Below, piece by piece: positions 27,432 through 35,852 of a stretch of DNA of 35,852 bases. Numbering within the stretch: position 1 is the stretch's first letter; each line of letters opens with the position of its first letter. The position numbers and the translations under genes were made by a program. This DNA is from Candidatus Pollutiaquabacter sp. (GTDB lineage: Bacteria > Bacteroidota > Bacteroidia > AKYH767-A > 2013-40CM-41-45). The notes under the pieces were generated by a model, which was given only the letters and a program-made list of their open reading frames with translations, ran no database searches and was not told the DNA's origin. The stretch is taken from contig CAINVI010000089.1 in NCBI GenBank assembly GCA_903854075.1, forward strand, positions 1 through 35,852, given 5' to 3'.

Positions 27432-29816
27432 ATGAAGTGGACACAACCTTTTTCCTCCATCGGAATCCATGATGTAGCTGTTTTTGGCGGTAAAAACGCC
27501 TCCTTGGGAGAAATGACACAACACTTGAGCGGGTTAGGAATTCGAATTCCAGAAGGGTTTGCTGTCAATGCAGTGGCCTTTCGTTTTTTTCTGCAAGAAA
27601 ACGGAGTGTACGAAAAGATAGCGGCAGCGCTGAAAACTGTTTCACCAAAAACACTAAACGGGCTGCGTGAAGCCAGTGCCGATTGTCGTGCGTTCATAGA
27701 TAAATGTAAACTTCCATCCACACTTTCAACTGCTATTTTGGAAGAGTATCACCGAATGGGATCTCCCGCGGTTGCGGTGCGCAGCAGTGCCACGGCCGAG
27801 GATTTGCCGACAGCAAGTTTTGCCGGACAACATGAATCCTTCCTGAACGTTTGTGGCGATGACGAATTACTGGACGCGGTAAAAAACTGCTACCGTTCTT
27901 TGTATACGGAACGGGCCATCAAGTACCGTATCGATAACGGATTTGATCACATGAAAGTCGCTTTGTCGGCTGGCATACAACGGATGGTCCGCAGCGATAT
28001 CGGTAGCGCTGGCGTTGCTTTTACCCTGGATCCGGAAACCGGTTTCAGCGATGTAATTTACCTTACCGGTGCCTGGGGATTGGGAGAAACTATTGTTCAA
28101 GGCGCGGTCAATCCGGATGAATTTTTGGTATTCAAACCAACGTTGACAACGGCCAACGATCCTGTGTTGCGAAAATCGAGGGGTGCAAAAAAAAACAAAC
28201 TGATTTACGGAACATCCGGCGATGAAAGAACGGTGCTGGTAGCTACCAGCGAAGCAGAGCAACGGCAATTCGTACTCCATCAGGAAGAGGTAATCCAGAT
28301 AGCCAAATGGTGTGCGGCGATTGAAGCACATTACAAGATGCCCATGGATATAGAATGGGCAAAAGACGGGATTACGAAGGAGTTGTTTATTCTTCAGGCC
28401 CGGCCGGAAACCGTTCATGCGCAAAAGCGGAGCCTGACATTGCGGGAATACAAACTGAAAAGTACACCACCCGCTATTTTGACCGGCACCGCTGTCGGCC
28501 ATGCCATCGTGAGTGGTCCGGTAAAAATCATCCGATCGCTCGAAGACGGTGCAAAAGTGAATGACGGCGATATTTTGGTTGCCGAAATCACTCATCCTGA
28601 CTGGAACACTTTGCTGCGAAAAGCGATTTGTATCATCACCGACAAAGGCGGACGAACGAGTCATGCGAGTATTGTGGCGCGCGAACTCGGCATCACCGCC
28701 ATAGTAGGTACCGAAGTAGCGACGACACTCTTGCAAGACGGACAAATCATTACCGTTTCTACCGCCGGCGGAGAAACCGGTACTGTCTACAATGGCAAGT
28801 TGAGTTGGTCCGTTTCGGAGATTCATCCTGATATTTTCGCCGCTACGTATACACAACCCATGCTTATACTGGCGGATCCGTCAAAAGCATTTCACTATTC
28901 CTTTTATCCTGCTAAAGGAATTGGGCTGTTACGTATGGAATTTATAATCTCCAACAGCATTCGCATTCATCCGATGGCATTGGTGCATCCGGAAAAAGTG
29001 ATGGACGAAAACGTGCGCAAAGAAATTGCCAGCCTTACACAGGATTACTCTGACAAAAAGGAATTTTTCATTGAGCGCTTAGTCGCTTCGCTTGCTGTAA
29101 TGGCCGCCGCATTTCATCCACACGATGTGATTGTGCGGATGAGCGATTTCAAAACAAATGAGTATGCCGATCTTATCGGCGGAAAATATTTTGAGCCGGA
29201 GGAAGAGAATCCGATGCTTGGATTCCGGGGAGCTTCCCGCTATTATCGCGACGCGTACAAAGCAGGATTTGGATTAGAATGTGCGGCCATCCGGCGGGTT
29301 CGAGAAAACATGGGGCTTACGAATGTAAAAGTGATGATTCCGTTTTGCCGGACTGTTGAAGAAGGGAAAAAAGTACTGGAAACCATGCGCGAGTTCGGAC
29401 TGGAACGCGGAAAGAACGGCCTTGAGGTATATGTCATGGCAGAAATACCAAGCAACATTTTACTGGCCGAAGAATTCGCAGAAATATTTGACGGGTTTTC
29501 CATCGGATCCAACGACTTGACACAGCTTACCCTGGGCATCGACCGTGACACTTCTATTATCCAAGATCTGTTTGATGAAAGTAATCCGGCTGTATTGAAA
29601 TTGCTGAAATCGATCATTATGTCTGCGAAAAAAAACGGCCGAAAAATCGGCTTGTGCGGGCAAGCTCCCAGTGATAAGCCTGCGTTCGCACAGTTTCTGG
29701 TTACTTGTGGCATCGACAGCATAAGCTTCAATCCGGATGCCCTACTACAAGGCATTGAAAATATTGCGTCAGCAGAAAAAAACATCCACCAATCATATGA
29801 AACGATTACAGCATAA
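27432..29816 (+). CDS. ppsA: Phosphoenolpyruvate synthase
   Basis: GGKNASLGEM, VAVRSSATAEDLP..SFAGQ, DIEWAKDG, QARPETV, GGRTSHASIVARE (phospho-His), EENPMLGFRG, FSIGSNDLTQ. Confidence 0.97.
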   Translation: MKWTQPFSSIGIHDVAVFGGKNASLGEMTQHLSGLGIRIPEGFAVNAVAFRFFLQENGVYEKIAAALKTVSPKTLNGLREASADCRAFIDKCKLPSTLSTAILEEYHRMGSPAVAVRSSATAEDLPTASFAGQHESFLNVCGDDELLDAVKNCYRSLYTERAIKYRIDNGFDHMKVALSAGIQRMVRSDIGSAGVAFTLDPETGFSDVIYLTGAWGLGETIVQGAVNPDEFLVFKPTLTTANDPVLRKSRGAKKNKLIYGTSGDERTVLVATSEAEQRQFVLHQEEVIQIAKWCAAIEAHYKMPMDIEWAKDGITKELFILQARPETVHAQKRSLTLREYKLKSTPPAILTGTAVGHAIVSGPVKIIRSLEDGAKVNDGDILVAEITHPDWNTLLRKAICIITDKGGRTSHASIVARELGITAIVGTEVATTLLQDGQIITVSTAGGETGTVYNGKLSWSVSEIHPDIFAATYTQPMLILADPSKAFHYSFYPAKGIGLLRMEFIISNSIRIHPMALVHPEKVMDENVRKEIASLTQDYSDKKEFFIERLVASLAVMAAAFHPHDVIVRMSDFKTNEYADLIGGKYFEPEEENPMLGFRGASRYYRDAYKAGFGLECAAIRRVRENMGLTNVKVMIPFCRTVEEGKKVLETMREFGLERGKNGLEVYVMAEIPSNILLAEEFAEIFDGFSIGSNDLTQLTLGIDRDTSIIQDLFDESNPAVLKLLKSIIMSAKKNGRKIGLCGQAPSDKPAFAQFLVTCGIDSISFNPDALLQGIENIASAEKNIHQSYETITA

Positions 29817-30549
29817 GACAGCTATTATCACCGGCGCTGCCGGAGGAATGGGAAAAGAAGAAGCGCTGCTTTTTGCAAAAGAAGGAGCAACTGTTCTTGC
29901 TACCGATATCCACTACGAAAAGCTAATGGGTTGGGTGAAAGACGCACGTAACGAAGGACTGCTGATTCAAGGAATGAAGCACGACGTTACGTCAGGCGAC
30001 GAATGGAAAAATGTACTGGATAATTGCATATCATTATACGGACGAATCAACGTTCTCATCAATAATGCCGGTGTTTTTCCGGCCGGCAAAACGACGGAAA
30101 ACACTACATCGGAAGAATGGGATAACATACTTCGTATCAATCTGACCGGCCCCTTTTTGGGATGCAAACTCGTGCTGCCATTCATGCAGCAAAGTGGCGG
30201 AGGTTCCATTGTGAATGTAGCATCAATTGCGGGACTGGTCGGCGGAAACGGTCCAGCCTATTCGGCATCCAAAGGCGGATTGCGTTTACTCACGAAAGAC
30301 CTGGCAACGGAGTATGCGAAATACCATATTCGTGTGAACGCACTGCTTCCCGGTGGCGTTACCACACCGATGACGGAAGAGCTGCTGAAAGCTCCCGGAA
30401 TGGATCAAGTGATAAAGTCCATGAGTCCGCAAGGACGAATGGCAGATGCTATCGAGCTTGCATACGGAGCGTTGTTTTTAGCCAGCGATGAGTCTTCCTT
30501 CATGACCGGAGCCGATCTGGTCATAGACGGCGGTGCCGTAATCCGCTGA
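29797..30549 (+). CDS. SDR family oxidoreductase
   Basis: TGAAGGMG, NNAG, S..YSASKGG, IRVNALLPG, DGG. Start overlaps the ppsA end by 20 nt. Confidence 0.93.
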   Translation: MKRLQHKTAIITGAAGGMGKEEALLFAKEGATVLATDIHYEKLMGWVKDARNEGLLIQGMKHDVTSGDEWKNVLDNCISLYGRINVLINNAGVFPAGKTTENTTSEEWDNILRINLTGPFLGCKLVLPFMQQSGGGSIVNVASIAGLVGGNGPAYSASKGGLRLLTKDLATEYAKYHIRVNALLPGGVTTPMTEELLKAPGMDQVIKSMSPQGRMADAIELAYGALFLASDESSFMTGADLVIDGGAVIR

Positions 30550-30574
30550 TTATTTTTTATCGAGCTAATCAGCG
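30544..30574. terminator. Inverted repeat at the SDR stop, possible terminator or stability hairpin
   Basis: CGCTGATTA-N13-TAATCAGCG; no clear U-tract. Confidence 0.3.
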
Positions 30575-30645
30575 ATTAATGTTCCGACAAAACGTAAGCC
30601 GAACCAGAAATTTTTCTACCCGTGTAAATAGTATCTTTGCGCGCT

Positions 30646-30999
30646 ATGCAAAAGATCTATCATCTGTCCACCTGCAACACGTGCCAGAAAATCATTCAGG
30701 AGCTCGCTCCAAAAAAACAGGTACAGCTGCAGGATATCAAATCAGATAAAATTACGACGGAACAGCTGGACGAATTAGCGACTTTTGCGGGTAGTTACGA
30801 AGCATTATTCAGTCGGAAAGCCATCAAATACCGTACCCTGGGTCTTGCGGCTAAAGTGCTGACAGAAAAAGAATACCGTACACTGATTCTGGAGGAGTAT
30901 ACGTTCTTGAAACGTCCGGTCGTTGTGGCCGGAAAATCGATCTTTATCGGTAATGCCGCTAAAACAGTAGCCGCTGCGAAAGAAGCGTTGGCAGGATGA
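30646..30999 (+). CDS. ArsC/Spx-family thioredoxin-fold protein
   Basis: KIYHLSTCNTC, LFSRKA..Y, FLKRPVVV. TATCTTTG at 30632..30639. Confidence 0.88.
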   Translation: MQKIYHLSTCNTCQKIIQELAPKKQVQLQDIKSDKITTEQLDELATFAGSYEALFSRKAIKYRTLGLAAKVLTEKEYRTLILEEYTFLKRPVVVAGKSIFIGNAAKTVAAAKEALAG

Positions 31000-31910
31000 A
31001 CAAGTCAACACGCGCGCATGCTGCCATCCTGCTGGCGAATCTGATTTATGGAGCAAATTTCAGCATCGCTAAAGTGGCGATGCCGGAATACATTCGGCCA
31101 TCAGGATTTATTTTGCTACGCGTCATTGTTGCGCTCATCATGTTCTGGATATTCAGCAAGATGACCGACAAAAACGAAAAGATTGCTGCCAAAGACCATG
31201 TGCTGCTCTTCATGCTGGGCATGTTCGGGGTTGCAATCAACCAGCTTTTATTCTTTGAAGGCTTATCACGAACATCCAATATCAATGCAGCACTGATTAT
31301 GACATCAACACCGATCATGGTGATGGCTGCTGCTAGTGTACTGCACAAGGAGCGCATCTCCTGGGCGCGTGGACTTGGCATCGTGTTGGGCGTTGGAGGA
31401 GCTTCCAGCCTTATTCTTGCGCGTAAAGATGTTTCCGGAAATGCTACATGGCAAGGCGATCTAATGATCCTGATCAACGCTGCCTCGTATGCCATCTTCA
31501 TCGTCGGATCAAAACCACTGATGAAAAAATATTCCCCGTGGCTGGTCATACGATGGACGTTCTTCTATGGACTGCTGCTGGTTTTACCTTTCGGCTACCA
31601 GCAAGTATCCCTGATTGAATGGGAAACCTTCACCCTACCGGTTTGGCTGGCCACGGCTTATGTGATCATCGCAACGACCTTCTTTGCTTACCTCTTTAAC
31701 ACGTACGGACTTCACCATCTCAGCGCATCCGTGGTGAGTTTTTATATCTATTTGCAACCGGTTTTCGCCACCCTGATTTCGTTGTTAATCACCCACGAAC
31801 GGGTGACCGTGGTACAGCTCATTGCCTGTTTACTCATTTTTTCAGGGGTTTATTTGGTGAACAAGCGTTCCGGCGGTGTTGACGACAACGTGCCGTTACC
31901 AAAGGAATAG
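30996..31910 (+). CDS. DMT/EamA family transporter
   Basis: Two EamA halves (IYGANF..AK, NQLLFFEGL, GDLMILI, YLQPVFA); ATGA overlap with the upstream gene. Confidence 0.92.
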   Translation: MNKSTRAHAAILLANLIYGANFSIAKVAMPEYIRPSGFILLRVIVALIMFWIFSKMTDKNEKIAAKDHVLLFMLGMFGVAINQLLFFEGLSRTSNINAALIMTSTPIMVMAAASVLHKERISWARGLGIVLGVGGASSLILARKDVSGNATWQGDLMILINAASYAIFIVGSKPLMKKYSPWLVIRWTFFYGLLLVLPFGYQQVSLIEWETFTLPVWLATAYVIIATTFFAYLFNTYGLHHLSASVVSFYIYLQPVFATLISLLITHERVTVVQLIACLLIFSGVYLVNKRSGGVDDNVPLPKE

Positions 31911-31965
31911 CAGAAATTCCAACAATTGGAGTAATTTTGGGGCTTCATTTTCAAATCCTTGTACC

Positions 31966-32841
31966 ATGATTCGTTCCATGACCGGTTTTGGCAGCGCCTC
32001 CGTGCAAGTCGGCAACAAGACCATTTTGGCGGAAATCAAATCCGTCAACAGCAAGTTCTTCGACTTGTCACTGCGGTTGCCTTCAGTATTCCGCGAAAAG
32101 GAACTGGAAATTCGCACCGAATTAAACCGCACGATAGAGCGCGGAAAGGTGGAATGCACCGTCTCTATCGAGTCACCGGAAGAACAGCGGCGTGCAACGT
32201 TCAATATTGAATTGCTGAAAGCCTATCACGAGGAATTAAAAACCGTACAACAAGCGCTGAATCTCAAAGAAACGCCGGAACTGTTGCGCACCTTACTCAA
32301 CATGCCGGATGTTATGGTTACTGAGAAAAACGGTTTGAGTGAAGAGGATTGGAAGGCCCTGCAACAGGCATTGCAAGGAGCGACCAAAGCCTTCGATGTG
32401 TTTCGTCAAAAAGAAGGAAGCACATTAAAAGTAGATCTCGAGCAACGTGTAGTTGCGATTCGTGATAACATGGTAAGATTGGAACCGTTTGAAAAAAGTC
32501 GCATCGAACAAGTAAGAAAGAAACTGCAAACTAGCCTGGAAGAATTCGTACAGGTAAGCGAAATAGATCGTAACCGTTTCGAACAAGAATTAATCTACTA
32601 CCTCGAAAAACTGGATATCACGGAAGAAAAAGTAAGACTGAAAAGTCACTGCGACTTCTTCCTGAAAACCATGAATGAAGAGGTGTCAAGCGGAAAAAAA
32701 CTTTCCTTCATTGCGCAGGAAATCGGCCGTGAGATAAATACCATCGGTTCAAAATCGAATGATGCTGCCATGCAGAAAATCGTGGTAGACATGAAGGATG
32801 ATCTGGAAAAAGTCAAAGAACAGGTCCTCAATATCATCTAA
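31966..32841 (+). CDS. yicC: YicC/YloC family endoribonuclease
   Basis: MIRSMTGFG, EIKSVN, RGKVE, LDITEE..RL, GKKLSFIAQEIGREINTIGSK, EKVKEQV.N. Confidence 0.93.
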   Translation: MIRSMTGFGSASVQVGNKTILAEIKSVNSKFFDLSLRLPSVFREKELEIRTELNRTIERGKVECTVSIESPEEQRRATFNIELLKAYHEELKTVQQALNLKETPELLRTLLNMPDVMVTEKNGLSEEDWKALQQALQGATKAFDVFRQKEGSTLKVDLEQRVVAIRDNMVRLEPFEKSRIEQVRKKLQTSLEEFVQVSEIDRNRFEQELIYYLEKLDITEEKVRLKSHCDFFLKTMNEEVSSGKKLSFIAQEIGREINTIGSKSNDAAMQKIVVDMKDDLEKVKEQVLNII

Positions 32842-32845
32842 AATA

Positions 32846-33412
32846 ATGCAGGGCAAACTCCTTCTTTTCTGCGGACCCTCCGGTAGTGGTAAAACGACCA
32901 TCGTACATCACTTGCTGCAAAATGATCCGCGCCTTAAGTTTTCTGTTTCCGCCACCACGCGTCCTATTCGCGCCAACGAAAAAGACGGGATCGATTATCA
33001 TTTTTTAAGTGTCGCTGATTTCAAAGCGAAGATTGCCAACCATGAATTCGTCGAATGGGAAGAAGTTTATACCGACCGATTCTACGGAACATTGCGGGCC
33101 GAAGTGGATAAGATTTGGATGGAGAATAAAGTAGCGGTCTTTGATGTGGATGTAGAAGGCGGATTGAAAATCAAAAGTATTTTTGGCGATCTGCTGCTTT
33201 CTGTCTTCGTAATGCCGCCATCCGTAGATGAGTTGCGCCGCCGCTTACACACACGGAATTCGGAGACGGCAGAATCGTACCAAACCCGGATCAACAAAGC
33301 CGAACATGAACTCACGTATGCGTTCCGATTCGACAAAACTATTGTCAATGATGTACTGACAGATGCGTTGGATGATGCTGCCAAACTGGTGAACGAATTC
33401 CTGAACACCTGA
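32846..33412 (+). CDS. gmk: Guanylate kinase
   Basis: GPSGSGKTT, SVSATTR..R..E.DG.DY.F, EWEEV...FYGT. Confidence 0.96.
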   Translation: MQGKLLLFCGPSGSGKTTIVHHLLQNDPRLKFSVSATTRPIRANEKDGIDYHFLSVADFKAKIANHEFVEWEEVYTDRFYGTLRAEVDKIWMENKVAVFDVDVEGGLKIKSIFGDLLLSVFVMPPSVDELRRRLHTRNSETAESYQTRINKAEHELTYAFRFDKTIVNDVLTDALDDAAKLVNEFLNT

Positions 33413-33427
33413 CAACTACGGATCGTC

Positions 33428-34003
33428 ATGAAAATAGGTCTTTTCTTCGGCTCCTTCAATCCGGTACACAACGGACATCTGGTGATCGCTTCCTACATGG
33501 CGGAATTTACTGATCTGGATCAGGTATGGTTCGTGGTTACACCGCACAATCCCTTCAAAGAAAAAGAAACTTTACTCGCTGATCATCACCGGTTTCAACT
33601 GGTAAAAATTGCCATCGGCGACTTCCGTAAACTGAAAGTATCAGACATCGAGTTTAACCTGCCAAAACCCAGTTATACCGTTCATACTGTTTCCTACCTG
33701 TACGATAAGTATCCGGAACATCAATTTGTGCTGATCATGGGCGCCGACAATTTGGATTCATTTCACAAGTGGAAAAACTGGGAGCAACTACTGGAGCAGG
33801 TGGAATTATACGTTTATCCGCGCAAAGAAAGTTCCGGCGGTGAATTACTACATCACCCGAAAGTACAGGTCATCCCGGCACCGATGATGGAGTTGTCGGC
33901 TACATTCATCCGTAATGCGATCAAATCCGGGAAGGATGTTCGTTACATGGTACCGGAAGCTGTGTGGCAATACATGCGGGAAATGCATTTTTACGAACGG
34001 TAA
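33428..34003 (+). CDS. nadD: Nicotinate-nucleotide adenylyltransferase
   Basis: GLFFGSFNPVHNGH, PSYTVHT, LIMGADN, KWKN, LSATFIR. Confidence 0.96.
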   Translation: MKIGLFFGSFNPVHNGHLVIASYMAEFTDLDQVWFVVTPHNPFKEKETLLADHHRFQLVKIAIGDFRKLKVSDIEFNLPKPSYTVHTVSYLYDKYPEHQFVLIMGADNLDSFHKWKNWEQLLEQVELYVYPRKESSGGELLHHPKVQVIPAPMMELSATFIRNAIKSGKDVRYMVPEAVWQYMREMHFYER

Positions 34004-34044
34004 ATTCCGTTATCGCATTCCCTCAGGTTTCGTACTTTTGCCAC

Positions 34045-34923
34045 ATGCGATTTTTTAGTGCGCTGTTGTATTACGGTATCATCATTCCGATATCCTTGCT
34101 GCCCTTCTGGTTGCTTTACCGGCTGTCGGACCTGATGTTTCTTATTATTTACTACGTTGCACCGTATCGGAAGAAACTGGTACTGGAAAATCTGCGGCGT
34201 TCATTCCCGGATAAAAACGAAGCGGAGCTGCGGCACATCCGCAAAGACTTCTACCGTCATTTTTGCGACCTGGTAGTCGAAAGTCTCAAGACATTCACCG
34301 CGTCGCCGGCGGCAATTCAGCGGCGCGTCGAGCTCGTCAACCTGGAGTTGCTGGAGCGGCTCTATAAAGAAGGAAAGAGTGTCATACTGGCTACTGGTCA
34401 CTATGCAAACTGGGAATGGCCGGCCATTACCTTACCGTTTCACAGTTCCCACATGGCCACCGGCATTTATAAGAAACTCTCGAATCCGTTTTTCGATAAT
34501 AAGCTGCAACGTTCACGCTCACGCTTTGGCTTGAAATTGATGTCCACCAAAGAAGTACAGCAATTTTTCGCCAAGCATGAAAAGAACCTGTGCACATACG
34601 GATTTATCAACGATCAGAGTCCTTCCGATCCACGCCGCGGATATTGGATGACGTTTCTGAATCAGAATACTTGTATGTTGATGGGTGTCGAATCATATGC
34701 GATAAAATATAATCTTCCGGTAGCCTACGCCGTAATCACAAAAAAGAAGCGCGGTTATTACCGTTACGAATATAAATTGATTACCGATAATCCGGGCGTA
34801 ACAGAAAAATACGCGATCACGGAAGCCTGTGCCCGCATGAATGAATCCATAATACGAAATGCTCCCGCCTATTGGCTGTGGACGCATCGTCGTTGGAAAC
34901 ACAAGCGGCCTGCCGATCATTGA
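34045..34923 (+). CDS. Lipid A biosynthesis (LpxL/HtrB-type) lysophospholipid acyltransferase
   Basis: N-terminal TM anchor, NLRRSFP, GHYANWE, DQSP, YWLWTHRRWK. TACTTTTG at 34033..34040. Confidence 0.9.
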   Translation: MRFFSALLYYGIIIPISLLPFWLLYRLSDLMFLIIYYVAPYRKKLVLENLRRSFPDKNEAELRHIRKDFYRHFCDLVVESLKTFTASPAAIQRRVELVNLELLERLYKEGKSVILATGHYANWEWPAITLPFHSSHMATGIYKKLSNPFFDNKLQRSRSRFGLKLMSTKEVQQFFAKHEKNLCTYGFINDQSPSDPRRGYWMTFLNQNTCMLMGVESYAIKYNLPVAYAVITKKKRGYYRYEYKLITDNPGVTEKYAITEACARMNESIIRNAPAYWLWTHRRWKHKRPADH

Positions 34924-34966
34924 TAACTACAATTCACTACAATTCATCTTCACTTACTTCACTCAC

Positions 34967-35852
34967 ATGTCATCAGAAAACCTCAGCTTCGGTACCCGCG
35001 CTATTCACGCCGGACAAGAACCAGATCCGTCCACCGGCGCTATCATGACGCCGATTTACCAGACATCGACCTATGTGCAAGAGCGCCCTGGCAAACACAA
35101 GGGTTACGCGTACGCACGTGGTAAAAACCCTACACGGGTCGCACTAGAAAAATGTATCACCTCCTTGGAAAATGCGAAACACGGCCTGTGCTTCTCTTCC
35201 GGACAAGGTGCAGAAGATGCCATAATCAAATTGCTTCGCCCCGGCGATGAAGTCATTGCGACGGATGATCTGTATGGCGGTTCGTACCGAATGTTCACCA
35301 AAGTATTCGAACACTTCGGTATCGTATTCCATTTTGTTGACATGGCCGATGCAAATAACATCCGGAATTTCATCAACGATAAAACGAAAATGATCTGGGT
35401 CGAAACACCAACGAACCCGATCATGAAGATCATTGATATCGAAGCTGCCGCTGCGATTGCAAAAGAGAAAAAACTCATTCTCGTAGTCGATAACACCTTT
35501 GCTTCTCCCTACTTGCAAAATCCGCTGAATCTCGGCGCATCAATTGTCATGCATTCTGCAACCAAATACCTGGGCGGACACTCGGACGTGGTCATGGGTG
35601 CAGTGTGTACTAACGATGATACGTTGTACGAGGAACTTGCTTTCATCGCTAATTCCTGCGGAGCGACTCCCGGACCTATGGACAGCTTTTTGGTGCTCCG
35701 TGGCTTGAAAACACTGCATGTCCGCATGGACCGACATTGCCACAACGGAAAACTAGTTGCAGCATTTTTAAAATCACATCCCAAAGTGGACAAGGTTTAC
35801 TGGCCGGGATATCCGGATCATCCCAACCATGCTATTGCTAAAAAACAAATGC
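34967..35852 (+). CDS. Cystathionine gamma-lyase/gamma-synthase (PLP-dependent), 3'-truncated by the window
   Basis: Not in the ORF track. Hand translation gives MSSENLSFGTRAIHAGQEPDPSTGAIMTPIYQTSTY...YARGKNPTR...DDLYGGSYR...WVETPTNP...VDNTFASP...HSATKYLGGHSD. Confidence 0.93.
   Translation, partial: MSSENLSFGTRAIHAGQEPDPSTGAIMTPIYQTSTYVQERPGKHKGYAYARGKNPTRVALEKCITSLENAKHGLCFSSGQGAEDAIIKLLRPGDEVIATDDLYGGSYRMFTKVFEHFGIVFHFVDMADANNIRNFINDKTKMIWVETPTNPIMKIIDIEAAAAIAKEKKLILVVDNTFASPYLQNPLNLGASIVMHSATKYLGGHSDVVMGAVCTNDDTLYEELAFIANSCGATPGPMDSFLVLRGLKTLHVRMDRHCHNGKLVAAFLKSHPKVDKVYWPGYPDHPNHAIAKKQM

Noticed and set aside
27867-28856. 329-aa ORF antisense to ppsA
   Set aside because: Lies entirely opposite the conserved ppsA frame, with no start context or protein motifs.
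34926-34945. CRISPR-like or iteron repeat
   Set aside because: Only two adjacent 10-mers, with no spacers and no cas or rep genes.
35104-35793. Minus-strand ORFs at the right end
   Set aside because: They are shadows of the plus-strand cystathionine gamma-lyase/synthase gene that the ORF track omitted.

Overview
Chromosomal segment of a Bacteroidota bacterium, identified by TAnnTTTG -7 promoters, a porZ-recO pair, several type IX secretion (T9SS) C-terminal sorting domains and a lipoprotein glutaminyl cyclase. Most of the window is housekeeping: dxs, oxyR, asnS, cysS, SDR-type threonine dehydrogenase, recO, scpA, ppsA, yicC-gmk-nadD, a lipid A acyltransferase and a truncated cystathionine gamma-lyase/synthase. 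I see no mobile element, CRISPR array, tRNA or rRNA. The ORF track misses two real genes that run off the window edges (1..2269 minus; 34967..35852 plus). The most interesting points: (1) a ~138-nt multi-stem structured RNA on the minus strand between dxs and oxyR, divergent from oxyR, which may be a 6S-like RNA, an OxyS-like sRNA or a dxs leader; (2) two tandem T9SS cargo genes with dissimilar N-termini whose 3' ends are ~98% identical in DNA, suggesting sorting-domain swapping or gene conversion; (3) two genes that each carry an in-frame stop one base from a Trp codon plus a 1-bp frameshift; (4) an FNR/CRP-like box at class II spacing upstream of ppsA; (5) apparent leaderless mRNAs. All family assignments come from motif recognition by eye; no searches were run.
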